Shown here: one piece after another, positions 30,689 through 40,719 of the stretch
Numbering within the stretch: the first letter of the stretch is position 1
Layout of the letters: every line of letters begins with the position of its first letter
DNA from: Alphaproteobacteria bacterium
GTDB lineage: Bacteria; Pseudomonadota; Alphaproteobacteria; RS24
Assembly: GCA_965656805.1 (NCBI GenBank)
Contig: CBFHLW010000001.1
Span: 1 to 59,483, forward strand
Length of the DNA stretch: 59,483 nt
Direction: 5' to 3'
The notes under the pieces: model-generated
The model's input: the letters and a program-made list of their open reading frames with translations, nothing else
What the model was told of the DNA's origin: nothing
Databases searched by the model: none
Program-made: the position numbers and the translations under genes

Positions 30689-31633
30689 TTACTCCATTTC
30701 GTTTACGCCCATAGGGCTTTGGTTAATAATCCGTGACGGCTTAAAAACACTTTCTCTTAGAGTGCCAAGAGCCACCGCTTTGGTTTCATAGTGAACCCAA
30801 AACATATCAGCCGATAATCTATCGTCTGACACGGGAATTGACTGGCCATGCCGCACCATGCGGGCTTGATTTTCATCAAGAGCCAATGCCGGGATGTCGT
30901 CCAGCACGGTCTCAAGCGGAAGGATCAAGCGGTCAAGCTCATTCAAATCGGGCGCACTATGGCCTAAATCCATAAGTTTTTCTAGTCCTATTGCGTGATC
31001 AAGCGAAAAATTGCCAACCCGCGTGCGCCGAAGCGCACAAATATGCCCAAGCGAGCCAAGTTCCTGAGCAATATCCCGGCCAAGGGCCCGAATGTAAGTA
31101 CCTTTGCCGCAATCCACGCGCAATTGTAGATGGTCTGGGTCGGGGCGCGCAATAACTTCAATATGGTCTATGCGCACCTGGCGAAGTGCCAAATCTAGCT
31201 CTTCACCCGCCCGTGCCATTTCATAAGCGCGGCGACCATCAATTTTTAGAGCAGAATAGGCTGGCGGCTTTTGACTTATTTCACCCGTAAATTGGCTCAA
31301 TACCATTTGAATAGCGCCATCATCTGGACGAACAGCGGTTTGATTAACAATCTCACCTTCCAAGTCATCCGTCGTCGTCGTGGCACCAAACCGAATGGTG
31401 CACTCATAGGTTTTGGGGGCATCCATCATCATATGAATGGTTTTTGTGGCCTCACCAAAGGCGATAGGAAGTATCCCGCTTGCCAAAGGGTCCAATGTTC
31501 CAGCATGGCCTGCTTTTTGAGCATCAAATATTCTGCGCGCGCGCGCAAGGGCCGGTGTGGAGCCAATGCCGACCGGCTTGTCTAGTACCAACCATCCGGA
31601 AACAAATCGTCCTTTACGACGCCTCGCGCCCAT
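30689..31633 (-). CDS. truB: tRNA pseudouridine-55 synthase
   Basis: Contains [13 protein letters not shown] and [17 protein letters not shown] (catalytic Asp). The start overlaps the rbfA stop (TAATG). Confidence 0.93.
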   Translation of the reverse strand: MGARRRKGRFVSGWLVLDKPVGIGSTPALARARRIFDAQKAGHAGTLDPLASGILPIAFGEATKTIHMMMDAPKTYECTIRFGATTTTDDLEGEIVNQTAVRPDDGAIQMVLSQFTGEISQKPPAYSALKIDGRRAYEMARAGEELDLALRQVRIDHIEVIARPDPDHLQLRVDCGKGTYIRALGRDIAQELGSLGHICALRRTRVGNFSLDHAIGLEKLMDLGHSAPDLNELDRLILPLETVLDDIPALALDENQARMVRHGQSIPVSDDRLSADMFWVHYETKAVALGTLRESVFKPSRIINQSPMGVNEME

Positions 31634-32070
31634 TAATCTTCAAAATCCGATCTGTCTTTTTTGACATCGCGCTGAACCGCATCACTCATCAGGATTTTAT
31701 CAATCGCCGCCGCGGCATCAAAACTATTATCTGCTTTAAATTTTATGGCCGGCGTATATTTAAGGCTTAAATCACGTCCGATTTCACGTCGAAAGACGGC
31801 GCAATACGTATTGAGAAGCGCAACAATTTTATCAAGGTCTTTACCGCCAAGAGGCATCACATAGGCGGTCGCATTTTTAAGGTCTGGACCAATACGAACC
31901 TCAGTCACCGATATAATCGATTTATTCAAAATCTTTTCATCAAACCCGCCACGCGTTAAACGCGCAGCAAGGCTGTGGCGAATGGTTTCGCCAATGCGCA
32001 ATTGACGCTGGCTTGGCGGCCGGCCAGCAACTGACTTACCGCCTTTGCCAGATGAAGCGCGCGCGACCAA
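31633..32070 (-). CDS. rbfA: Ribosome-binding factor A
   Basis: Contains SQRQLRIGETIRHSLA and VTEVRIGPDLKNATAYV. The likely TTG start at 32070 lies immediately after the infB stop; the ORF track extends to TTG 32103 inside infB. Confidence 0.88.
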   Translation of the reverse strand: MVARASSGKGGKSVAGRPPSQRQLRIGETIRHSLAARLTRGGFDEKILNKSIISVTEVRIGPDLKNATAYVMPLGGKDLDKIVALLNTYCAVFRREIGRDLSLKYTPAIKFKADNSFDAAAAIDKILMSDAVQRDVKKDRSDFED

Positions 32071-32071
32071 A

Positions 32072-34543
32072 CTAGGCTTCCAATGTTCTTGCCACGCTTT
32101 CAACTTCGTAGCATTCGATCACATCACCCGGCTTGAGGTCTTGGTATTTTTCAAAGGCCATACCGCACTCTTGCCCAGAAGGAACTTCTTTCACTTCATC
32201 TTTGAAGCGACGCAAAGATGAAAGTTCACCTTCATGGATCACCACATTATCGCGGATCAAACGAACCTGCGCGCCTCGGCGAACCATGCCATCGGTAATC
32301 CGACAACCTGCAGCTTTACCCGCTTTGCCAACACTAAAGACTTCCAGCACCTCAGCATTACCGAGCATATTTTCCCGTAAGTCAGGTGATAGCATGCCAG
32401 ACATAGCGGCACGAAGGTCATCAACGAGATCATAAATAATATTATAATAACGGATCTCAATGCCTGATTGTTCCGCGGCCTGACGTGCTTGAACATTCGC
32501 CCGCACATTGAAGCCAACAATTATCGCGCGTGACGTCGCAGCCAGCGTAACATCACTCTCCGTAACACCGCCAACACCAGCGTGAATAACACGGGCACGG
32601 ATTTCGTCATTACCAAGTTTCTCAGCAGCTTGAGCTATTGCCTCAACAGACCCTTGCACATCACCCTTAACGATCAGCGCAACCTCTTTAACTTCGCTGT
32701 CTTTAAGTTGCGTCATCATCTGATCAAGGGTTGTTCTGACACCACGAGCGGAACTTTCATCACGCAATTTGCGCGCGCGGTAAGCCGCAACTTCCCGCGC
32801 CTGAGACTCGCTTTCAACAACATTAAAAACATCCCCCGCGCGCGGCACACCGCTAGATCCCAAAATCTCGACAGGTTTTGACGGACCCGCACTCTTAATT
32901 TGATTTCCTTGATCATCAATCAAAGCACGAATGCGACCGGATTCTTGACCAACAACAAAAATGTCACCAACCTTAACCGTACCGCGTTGGACCAAGACCG
33001 TTGCAACAGCGCCACGCCCTGTTTCGAGCTTTGCCTCAATAACGACACCAGAGCCCTCGCGATCTGCATTGGCGCGCAACTCCATAAGCTCGGCCTGTAA
33101 CAAAACACTCTCAAGTAGGGCATCAAGTCCTTCTCCTGTATGTGCTGACACAGGAACCATTTGGACATCACCACCCATATCTTCAGCGAATACCTCGTGT
33201 TGCAATAATTCATTTTTAACACGTTGAGGGTCTGCTTCTGGCTTATCCATTTTATTAATAGCAACAATGATTGGTGCGCCAGATGCTTTTGCATGTGAAA
33301 TCGCCTCAATCGTTTGTGGCATTACACCATCGTCAGCTGCGACAACCAGAATAACAATATCGGTCACCCGCGCACCGCGTGCACGCATAGCGGTGAACGC
33401 CGCGTGACCTGGTGTATCGATGAATGAAATCAGACCGCCAGCAAGTTCAACCTGGTAGGCACCAATATGCTGCGTAATGCCGCCAGCCTCGCCATTTGCA
33501 ACTTTTGCTTTTCGGATGGCATCGAGCAATGAGGTTTTACCGTGGTCGACATGGCCCATAACCGTAATAACCGGCGGACGTGGAACACGATCTTCATCGC
33601 GGTCATCAATACCAACAACTCCTTCCTCAACATCTGACTCGGAAACGCGCTTAACGATGTGCCCCATTTCTTCAGCTATCAGTTGAGCAGTGTCAGACTC
33701 GATCACATCATTAATCTGCGCCATCATGCCTTGTTGCATCAAATGTTTGATCACATCAACAGCACGTTCAGCCATGCGGTTGGCAAGCTCTTGAATGGTA
33801 ATCGTATCTGGAATAACCACCGTCCGCGCGACCTTTTCGGTCGGCTCATTAGACTGACCTTGTCGCTTATCACGCTCGCGACGGCGGCGGATAGATGCCA
33901 GAGATCGCATACGCTCTTCTTCATTGAGTGCATTTGAAATTGTGAGACGGCCTTCGCGACGCTTGCGATCACCTTTAGCGGGCGCAGCAGGTTTGCGATC
34001 TTCGCGCACTGGCACTGACGTCTCGCGTTTTACTGGCGTTACGCGCGCGGCTTGTGGCTCAACGGCAGCAACATCATTATCTTTTTTGGCAGAACGCTCT
34101 TTCTCGCGTGCCAATTCTTCACGTCGCTTAGCTTGCTCTGCTTCTTCGCGTGCCCGCTCTTCAGACAATGCCAATTCTTCTTTCAAGCGGCGCTCTTCAT
34201 CGATCGCACGTTGTTTAGCTTCTTCAACTTCACGGACTTTAGATTCTGCAACAGCGGCTAACCGCGCTTCTTGCTGCGAGCGGCTCAGACGCTCTTCTGC
34301 AACTGATTTTTGAACAATCGGTTCTGGCGCAGGCGCTGGTGTTGGTGCAGCCGCTTGCGGCGTTTCCTCGGCGCGGCCTGGAATTATTGTGCGCTTACGC
34401 TTTTTTTCAACAACAACCGCTTTGCTTCGCCCATGGGAAAAGTTTTGACGCACTTGACCAGATTCAACCGTGCGCTTGAGGCTCAATGGCTTGCTTTGGC
34501 GCGTTTCTTTATCGCCTTTTTCTCCGTCATTCGTCTCGCTCAT
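32072..34543 (-). CDS. infB: Translation initiation factor IF-2
   Basis: 823 aa. Charged N-terminal region and G-domain motifs [17 protein letters not shown] and NKMD. Confidence 0.97.
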   Translation of the reverse strand: MSETNDGEKGDKETRQSKPLSLKRTVESGQVRQNFSHGRSKAVVVEKKRKRTIIPGRAEETPQAAAPTPAPAPEPIVQKSVAEERLSRSQQEARLAAVAESKVREVEEAKQRAIDEERRLKEELALSEERAREEAEQAKRREELAREKERSAKKDNDVAAVEPQAARVTPVKRETSVPVREDRKPAAPAKGDRKRREGRLTISNALNEEERMRSLASIRRRRERDKRQGQSNEPTEKVARTVVIPDTITIQELANRMAERAVDVIKHLMQQGMMAQINDVIESDTAQLIAEEMGHIVKRVSESDVEEGVVGIDDRDEDRVPRPPVITVMGHVDHGKTSLLDAIRKAKVANGEAGGITQHIGAYQVELAGGLISFIDTPGHAAFTAMRARGARVTDIVILVVAADDGVMPQTIEAISHAKASGAPIIVAINKMDKPEADPQRVKNELLQHEVFAEDMGGDVQMVPVSAHTGEGLDALLESVLLQAELMELRANADREGSGVVIEAKLETGRGAVATVLVQRGTVKVGDIFVVGQESGRIRALIDDQGNQIKSAGPSKPVEILGSSGVPRAGDVFNVVESESQAREVAAYRARKLRDESSARGVRTTLDQMMTQLKDSEVKEVALIVKGDVQGSVEAIAQAAEKLGNDEIRARVIHAGVGGVTESDVTLAATSRAIIVGFNVRANVQARQAAEQSGIEIRYYNIIYDLVDDLRAAMSGMLSPDLRENMLGNAEVLEVFSVGKAGKAAGCRITDGMVRRGAQVRLIRDNVVIHEGELSSLRRFKDEVKEVPSGQECGMAFEKYQDLKPGDVIECYEVESVARTLEA

Positions 34544-35163
34544 ATTATCCTCGTTTCCTCTTTAGGTTGATACCTAATAATCCGATCACATGTGTCGCCG
34601 AGCCTATTGGCCCAGCCTTTATCAATGATGGCGCAATGCACGACATTTTCTTTGCCGAGCGCCGCGCTCAATTCAGCGACCAAAGACACACTGCGTGTCT
34701 CAATCTGGCAATGGTGCGCAAGGCGATCTATTTTTCTGCGCTCATCAGCCGACCCGTCTGCCGCATGAAGAACCAAGAAGGCTTGCCTCTTCTCGACAGC
34801 ATTCATAACCTTTGCGGAGCCTAGCACAATTCCACCGGCTTTACGCACAAGGCCGAGGAGATTAAAGAACTGTCTGTGTAAAAGTGTAGATACACGCTCG
34901 GGCAGATCATCCGACACCTCAACGCTGGCCCGCGCAGCCCGCGCAAATTGCTTGCGGGCAACAGCCTGCCTGATCAGATCATGGTTTGCCGTAACCCAGA
35001 GGCCTCGACCTGGAAGTTTTTGTTGCAAATCAGGCGTAATGCAACCATCTGGAGATGTTACAAAGCGCACCATTTGCATGCAAGGAAGGGTATCGCCGGT
35101 TACAATACACTGGCGATGGGTGCTAGGCACAGATAGCAAATTTTCAGCCTCAAAGCGCTCCAT
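34540..35163 (-). CDS. YlxR (DUF448)-like RNA-binding protein with an L7Ae-like C-terminal half
   Basis: [19 protein letters not shown]...GRGLWV is the DUF448 signature. The C-terminal region [17 protein letters not shown] is L7Ae/YlxQ-like. It sits in the conserved position between nusA and infB. I prefer start M15 (35163); the stop overlaps the infB ATG (ATGA). Confidence 0.75.
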   Translation of the reverse strand: MERFEAENLLSVPSTHRQCIVTGDTLPCMQMVRFVTSPDGCITPDLQQKLPGRGLWVTANHDLIRQAVARKQFARAARASVEVSDDLPERVSTLLHRQFFNLLGLVRKAGGIVLGSAKVMNAVEKRQAFLVLHAADGSADERRKIDRLAHHCQIETRSVSLVAELSAALGKENVVHCAIIDKGWANRLGDTCDRIIRYQPKEETRII

Positions 35164-36793
35164 CTGTTGCCAGATCCTCCTCAGCTGTTGCATCTTCGGC
35201 AACATCGTCTGTTTGCGACGCTGACATAGCGTCCCACTCTTCTTGCGTTAACCAACCAATCGCGACACGTCCGGCCATAATAAGATATTCTGCTTCTTCG
35301 GCGGTGAGGTCAAAACCATCCAGAATACCCGGCTGGCGAACCCGCTTTCGGTCAACCGTTTCATACCACCCAATAAGATCATCTGGAACGCAACCAGCAA
35401 AATCATCCAGGCTCTTAATGTCATTCTCACCCAGTGCGACGAGCATTGCTGGACTAATGCCCTCAATGGCGGCAATGGCATCGCTCACACCAAGGCTTGT
35501 CCGTTTCTGATCCATTTCTATATTCTGGCGTTCCATTGCATCAACAGCACGATTCTGAATTTCAGAGGCGGTGTCTTCATCAAAGCCTTCAATCATCATG
35601 ATTTCGCTTATTGGAACAAAGGCAACCTCTTCAACCGTCGCAAAACCTTCCGAAGCCAGCAGCTGAGCAATCATTTCGTCGACATCGAGTGCCGACATAA
35701 AAATTTGAGTGCGCTCAGCAAACTCAGCCTGGCGGCGTTCGCTCTCTTCAGCTTCCGTAACAATATCAATGTCCCAACCTGTCAATTGCGACGCCAAACG
35801 GACATTTTGTCCACGGCGGCCAATAGCAAGGCTCAGCTGCTCGTCCGGCACAACGACTTCAATGCGCTGCGCATCTTCATCGAGCACCACTTTAGATACC
35901 TCAGCCGGGGCGAGGGCATTGACGATAAAAGCAGCCGCATCTTGCGACCAAGGGATAATATCAACTTTCTCACCCTGGAGTTCATTAACAACCGCCTGAA
36001 CACGGCTCCCGCGCATACCAACGCAAGCTCCCACAGGGTCTATGCTTGGGTCATTCGAAATAACAGCAATTTTGGCACGACTGCCAGGGTCGCGGGCCAC
36101 AGCGCGCACTTCAATGATGCCATCATAAATTTCAGGCACTTCTTGCATAAACAATTTGGCCATAAAAGTGGGGTCTGTCCGCGACAGGATCACCTGAGGA
36201 CCGCGCTGTTCACGGCGACAGTCTTGAATAAAGGCACGAATACGGTCACCAGGACGGAAAACCTCGCGCGGGATCAAGTTATCCCGGCGAATAACGGCTT
36301 CGCCGCGCCCGAGGTCCATAACCACATTGCCATATTCCACACGCTTAACGACACCGCTAATAATCTCACCAATACGGTCTTTATATTCTTCGAACTGGCG
36401 CTCACGTTCGGCGTCACGGACACGCTGCACAATAACTTGCTTGGCTGCCTGTGTTGCAATCCGACCGAATTCAACAGGAGGAAGCTCATCAGAAATCTCA
36501 TCACCAATTTGTGCGTCAGGATGGGTGCGATGCGCAATCGGCAAACTAATCTCAAGATTATCATTTTCAACGGTTTCAACAACAGTCACCACACGCATCA
36601 AACGTGTATCGCCTGTCTTTGGGTCAATCTCAGCGCGGATGTCATTTTCTGCACCGTAACGCGCTTTTGCCGCCTTCTGGATCGCATCCGCCATTGCCGC
36701 CAAAACGACAGACATCTCGATACCTTTTTCACGCGCAACTGCATCTGCAATTTGCAAAAGTTCTAGCTTGTTTGCACTAACACCGGTTGCCAT
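35150..36793 (-). CDS. nusA: Transcription termination/antitermination factor NusA
   Basis: 547 aa. N-terminal domain, S1 ([21 protein letters not shown]), two KH domains ([12 protein letters not shown]; [13 protein letters not shown]) and C-terminal acidic HhH repeats. Confidence 0.97.
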   Translation of the reverse strand: MATGVSANKLELLQIADAVAREKGIEMSVVLAAMADAIQKAAKARYGAENDIRAEIDPKTGDTRLMRVVTVVETVENDNLEISLPIAHRTHPDAQIGDEISDELPPVEFGRIATQAAKQVIVQRVRDAERERQFEEYKDRIGEIISGVVKRVEYGNVVMDLGRGEAVIRRDNLIPREVFRPGDRIRAFIQDCRREQRGPQVILSRTDPTFMAKLFMQEVPEIYDGIIEVRAVARDPGSRAKIAVISNDPSIDPVGACVGMRGSRVQAVVNELQGEKVDIIPWSQDAAAFIVNALAPAEVSKVVLDEDAQRIEVVVPDEQLSLAIGRRGQNVRLASQLTGWDIDIVTEAEESERRQAEFAERTQIFMSALDVDEMIAQLLASEGFATVEEVAFVPISEIMMIEGFDEDTASEIQNRAVDAMERQNIEMDQKRTSLGVSDAIAAIEGISPAMLVALGENDIKSLDDFAGCVPDDLIGWYETVDRKRVRQPGILDGFDLTAEEAEYLIMAGRVAIGWLTQEEWDAMSASQTDDVAEDATAEEDLATDGAL

Positions 36794-36834
36794 TCAAAAC
36801 TCCTTCATCCAAGAAAATTTGTTCATTTCTTGGC

Positions 36835-37398
36835 CTACTTTGGGGACTTAGCCCCTTTTAAGGCCAATTTCAACACTTCATCCGTTATAATCAATCGCGC
36901 CTCGGTAATATCTCGAAGCCCAAAACCCAAAACTTGTGGCGTGTCATAACCCGCCAGCTCAACCTCTAGCAAAGCCTCGCCGTCAACAAAGCCAGCAACA
37001 ACCCCGCGAAACCGCCGTTGTCCGTCGACCGATTGGGCAAGCTCTAGCTTCGCCTCATGGCCCTGCCAACGCTCAAAATCGACAGCGCGCGTGAGAGGCC
37101 GCGCCAACCCTGGCGACGATACCTCAAGCGTATATTCACCATGAATGGGATCTTCGACATCAAGGACAGCTGATAGTGCAGTCGAAATCGCCTCACACTC
37201 GTCAATGCCCAAGAGACCGTCTTCTCTTTCCGCCATCACCTGCAACACAGGCGCGCCGGCTTCTCCCGTCATGCGCACGCGTACCAGAGAAAAACCAAGA
37301 TCATGCACCACAGGATAGACATAGGACAACAAACTGCGTGCCGGCCCAGGAGCCACCAAATGGGCTATCCCATCCAGCGTTGCAAGATCATTGTCCAT
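36835..37398 (-). CDS. rimP: Ribosome maturation factor RimP
   Basis: Contains GFSLVRVRM...LQVMAERE...YTLEVSSPGLARPL. I prefer ATG 37398 because the longer ORF-track start (37479) would begin inside the U-tract of an upstream terminator. Confidence 0.88.
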   Translation of the reverse strand: MDNDLATLDGIAHLVAPGPARSLLSYVYPVVHDLGFSLVRVRMTGEAGAPVLQVMAEREDGLLGIDECEAISTALSAVLDVEDPIHGEYTLEVSSPGLARPLTRAVDFERWQGHEAKLELAQSVDGQRRFRGVVAGFVDGEALLEVELAGYDTPQVLGFGLRDITEARLIITDEVLKLALKGAKSPK

Positions 37399-37480
37399 TG
37401 CGGTATTAAATTCCGTCAAGTTCTCTATCTTTCGATGATGCGCTTCAGGCAAACCCAAAACGAGCAGCCAAAAGAGCAAT

Positions 37481-37509
37481 AAAAAAAGCGGGGCTCAGTT
37501 GAGCATCCC
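37481..37509 (-). terminator. Rho-independent terminator between trmB and rimP
   Basis: Minus strand GGGAUGCUCAACUGAGCCCCGC followed by U7. The inner stem is GCUCA/UGAGC, extended by GGG/CCC. Confidence 0.6.
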
Positions 37510-37609
37510 ACTTACCTGTAACTTAGTAATGTTGCGATATAGATATCAAATCTATTCAAAAATGCAAGCTATTTTGCAAAACTGGTAATGTTTTTGGTTT
37601 AATGAAAAT

Positions 37610-38293
37610 TTAAGCAAGTGGCTTAAATGTTAAATAACTTGGATTGCGGCCTGCCGCAATGGCTTTGGCTTCATATCTGGTCCCAGGCCAATCAGGAAAT
37701 GGCACGCGCCAATCATCTGCGGTCTTAGCGAGCCATTCAAATTTGCCATGGGCACGAACGGTTGCGAGTGTCCAGCTTGTATAATCGGCAATATCAGAGG
37801 CAAAATAGAAATACCCATCATTTCTAAGTATTCGGTGAAATTGCTCTAAATGTTGGGGTGAAACAAAGCGACGCTTATTGTGACGCTTTTTATGCCACGG
37901 GTCAGGATAAAGTAGGAAAATTGCTGAAAAACTGTTGTCAGGCAGACGTTCGATTAGATCTCGGGCATCCTCATCATAAATGCGAATATTCTCCAAACCA
38001 TGATCCGCGACCTGCGCAACTAACTTTGCGACACCATTTAAGAACACTTCAGACCCAATAAAACCAATATCTGGGCGGGCGCGGGCCCGTGCTGCTAAAT
38101 GCTCACCACCACCAAACCCAATTTCGAGTGCATAAGTATTGACTTCGGGCTTTGCTTCAAAAAGAACGAGTGGGTCTGCGTCATCGAGGGCAAAAGCCAA
38201 ACGCGGAAGATGTTCCTCCACAATAGCGGCAGGGCGTGGATGCAGTTTATGACCTTGACGGCGTCCATAAAATTTACGCGGGCGTAACGTCAT
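37610..38293 (-). CDS. trmB: tRNA (guanine-N7)-methyltransferase
   Basis: Contains LEIGFGGGEHL, FLLYPDPWHKKRHNKRR and TDDWRVPFPDWPGTRYEAKA. Confidence 0.9.
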   Translation of the reverse strand: MTLRPRKFYGRRQGHKLHPRPAAIVEEHLPRLAFALDDADPLVLFEAKPEVNTYALEIGFGGGEHLAARARARPDIGFIGSEVFLNGVAKLVAQVADHGLENIRIYDEDARDLIERLPDNSFSAIFLLYPDPWHKKRHNKRRFVSPQHLEQFHRILRNDGYFYFASDIADYTSWTLATVRAHGKFEWLAKTADDWRVPFPDWPGTRYEAKAIAAGRNPSYLTFKPLA

Positions 38294-38324
38294 AATTTAA
38301 ACCTCTTATTATCATATCAGAGGT

Positions 38325-39494
38325 CTAAAACGCTCCTTTCAGGGCGTCAACTAGATCAGTGCGCTCCCATGAAAAACCACCATCAGACTCTGGCGCACGG
38401 CCAAAATGCCCATAAGCAGCCGTGCGGGCATAAATGGGTTTATTTAAACCCAAATGATCGCGGATACCGCGCGGGCTTAAATCCATCACATCCATGAGGG
38501 TTTGGGCCAGTTTTTCTTCATCAACTTGCCCTGTACCAAAACAATCCACTAAAATGGAAAGTGGCTTAGAGACACCGATTGCATAAGAAAGTTGCAGGCA
38601 GCATTTTTCAGCCAAGCCAGCGGCCACAATATTTTTTGCTAAATAGCGAGACGCATAGGCTGCTGAACGGTCAACTTTCGTTGGGTCTTTTCCCGAAAAG
38701 GCGCCACCACCATGGGGTGCGGCCCCACCATAAGTGTCAACAATAATTTTACGCCCCGTCAAACCCGCATCGCCATCTGGGCCACCAATGATAAAGGTAC
38801 CTGTTGGATTGACATAAAAGTCTTTGTCATCACACATCCAGCCTTCGGGTAAGACGCGCTCAACAAATGGACGCACAATATCGCGCACATCAGATTGCGA
38901 TAGCCCCTCATCATGCTGTGTCGAAACAACGACTGACGTCGCGCCAACGGGCTTTCCATTTTCATATTTCAGAGAGATCTGACTTTTTGCGTCTGGACCT
39001 AAGCCTGAGACCGCGCCGCTATGTCGGGCAGCAGCCATATCTCTAAGAATTTCATGTGCATAAGCAATTGGCGCTGGCATTAACTCAGGTGTCTCCTGAC
39101 AGGCATAGCCAAACATAATGCCCTGATCGCCGGCGCCTTCATCTTTATCATTGCCGTCTGCATCCACGCCTTGCGCAATATGCGCCGACTGCGCATGCAC
39201 ATGCACCTGAACCTCTGCATTTTGCCAATGAAAACCGTCTTGCTCATAACCTATATCGCGAACAGCATGACGGGCAATGCTCTCCATTTCGTCTTTGGAT
39301 ACAAGCCCCTCGGGGCGAACTTCACCGGCGAGGACAATAAGATTGGTTGTGGTTAATGTTTCAACCGCAACGCGCGCATCCGGCTGTCGCACTAAGAACG
39401 CGTCGAGAATGCTATCGGAAATACGATCACAAACCTTGTCGGGGTGACCTTCAGAGACAGATTCGCTTGTAAAAATGTAATTTTTGCCTGACAT
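38325..39494 (-). CDS. metK: S-adenosylmethionine synthetase
   Basis: Contains [44 protein letters not shown] and DRSAAY. I prefer ATG 39494 to the ORF-track start at 39524. Confidence 0.96.
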   Translation of the reverse strand: MSGKNYIFTSESVSEGHPDKVCDRISDSILDAFLVRQPDARVAVETLTTTNLIVLAGEVRPEGLVSKDEMESIARHAVRDIGYEQDGFHWQNAEVQVHVHAQSAHIAQGVDADGNDKDEGAGDQGIMFGYACQETPELMPAPIAYAHEILRDMAAARHSGAVSGLGPDAKSQISLKYENGKPVGATSVVVSTQHDEGLSQSDVRDIVRPFVERVLPEGWMCDDKDFYVNPTGTFIIGGPDGDAGLTGRKIIVDTYGGAAPHGGGAFSGKDPTKVDRSAAYASRYLAKNIVAAGLAEKCCLQLSYAIGVSKPLSILVDCFGTGQVDEEKLAQTLMDVMDLSPRGIRDHLGLNKPIYARTAAYGHFGRAPESDGGFSWERTDLVDALKGAF

Positions 39495-39523
39495 GCCGCG
39501 TGCTCCTAATGTGAAGTTGGCCA

Positions 39524-39575
39524 ATATAGCTATATAAAGATTTCTTTATATGGCAGGATGAAAGAGCTTGGTCAA
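39524..39575 (-). promoter_or_regulatory. Candidate metK promoter with two overlapping palindromes
   Basis: Minus strand: TTGACC (39575..39570), then CATATA at 17 nt or TATAAA at 19 nt. Palindrome TATAAAGA-TT-TCTTTATA (39533..39550) overlaps the -10 region. A second perfect palindrome ATATAGCTATAT lies at 39524..39535. Confidence 0.3.
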
Positions 39576-39848
39576 GAGCTGACTGCCGCAAAAATATCAG
39601 CTCGAACCACACTATATATGCCTATTTACCCCACTCGCCTCTCAGATCCAGCATTGCTCAATGCCCAGTAGAATGAATTTAAATATTTATGCTGACCAGT
39701 ATTATCATTAATAAATAACGCGATCATTTATCAAAATCGTTTATCAAATTGATCGGATGCACAAGGATCTTATCTGTTTTGTCTTAACTGTTTTGGGCAA
39801 GGGCAGTCAGGCAATTCATGAAGTAAGTCATATAGTCGTTAAGTCTCC

Positions 39849-39896
39849 GAAACAGACCGGGAAATAGACTCCGAGAGAGAAGGGGAAACAGACGGG
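39849..39896. repeat. Degenerate 12-bp tandem repeat, 4 units
   Basis: Units GAAACAGACCGG / GAAATAGACTCC / GAGAGAGAAGGG / GAAACAGACGGG. Units 1 and 4 match at 11/12; units 2 and 3 match unit 1 at 8/12. The repeat is in noncoding DNA. Confidence 0.55.
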
Positions 39897-39935
39897 CCTG
39901 CGTCACCCTTGTTACCATCTCGCATATCCTTCATT

Positions 39936-39963
39936 CCCCAAAATGTACTGGCCCCAAAATGTA
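39936..39963. repeat. Exact 12-bp direct repeat, 2 copies with a 16-bp period
   Basis: CCCCAAAATGTA at 39936..39947 and again at 39952..39963. Confidence 0.6.
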
Positions 39964-40058
39964 ATAGCTTTCCAAGCTCCAAGAATATTATTTTTAGCGA
40001 TGTGCGTTTATGAAGCTAAGCGCTATTCTGCCAAACGGCCAGTGCATTTTTGTTACGA

Positions 40059-40514
40059 TTACCTTCGCCGCATGGGCATTGCTTGTGCGAGATCACTTAC
40101 CAATGTCACAATATCGCGCCTTACATTTGCAGAGCCAATCCCGATAAAGGCCTGGTTGAGCTGAATGCCCTCGGCACTACTAACAAAAGCTAAATAAGGA
40201 GACACATATGGAAGCGGTTCAGAACCTGTTCCCGTCGCACCGCCCTCTGAAAGTCCCATTGGCTCATCACTGTCATCGCCAGTTTCGACTAATCCACTAA
40301 AAAAATAGCTCATCGGAACATCCAATATAGAGGCAATATAAAAAAGACGACTCGCCGAAATCCTGTTTGTTCCTTTTTCATATTTTTGTATCTGTTGAAA
40401 CGTCACAGAAAGACTTTCTCCAAGTGCTTCTTGACTCATACTTAACATTAAACGGCGCAGCCGCAATCGCGAACCGATATGGGCGTCAATCGCCTTTTCA
40501 TTAACCTTGCTCAC
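40059..40514 (-). CDS. XRE-family helix-turn-helix transcriptional regulator
   Basis: 151 aa. IGSRLRLRRLMLSMSQEALGESLSVTFQQIQKYEKGTNRISASRLFYIASIL is a Cro/C1-type HTH. The C-terminal domain is of unknown function. GTG start with a GGAGG SD. Confidence 0.8.
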   Translation of the reverse strand: MSKVNEKAIDAHIGSRLRLRRLMLSMSQEALGESLSVTFQQIQKYEKGTNRISASRLFYIASILDVPMSYFFSGLVETGDDSDEPMGLSEGGATGTGSEPLPYVSPYLAFVSSAEGIQLNQAFIGIGSANVRRDIVTLVSDLAQAMPMRRR

Positions 40515-40719
40515 TAAAACCTCCTCTTATTTTTATTATTTTTGGGTATTAATTTTTACTTTTTAGACGAGCATCAACAAGTATATGCAAAGTGAGAGCG
40601 GAAGCAAGATATCAAAAGTTGAAATAATTAACAGTCTGGCTAAAGTGCACGTAATTCATCAGCTATAAATTATTAAGATTATAGAGAGCTCTCATTCGCG
40701 CACAAACGAAGATGGCGTA

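Noticed and set aside
35705-36766. A 353-aa plus-strand ORF with no stops, antisense to nusA
   Set aside because: It lies entirely within the strongly supported nusA gene. Its translation is low-complexity and rich in N, R and F, with no motifs. This is a typical shadow ORF produced by the codon periodicity of the sense gene.
39495-39660. A SAM-II, SAM-V or SAM/SAH riboswitch upstream of metK, and a tRNA-like GGTTCGAG T-loop motif on the minus strand at 39601..39608
   Set aside because: I could not fold or recognise the conserved pseudoknot and triplex elements from memory. The GGTTCGAG has no flanking complementary T-stem or acceptor stem. A covariance-model scan is needed, so no RNA gene is claimed.
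39849-39963. The tandem and direct repeats considered as a CRISPR array or mobile-element terminal repeats
   Set aside because: The units are only 12 bp. They are contiguous or separated by only 4 bp, so there are no spacers. They are degenerate, and no cas, transposase or integrase gene is present anywhere in the window.
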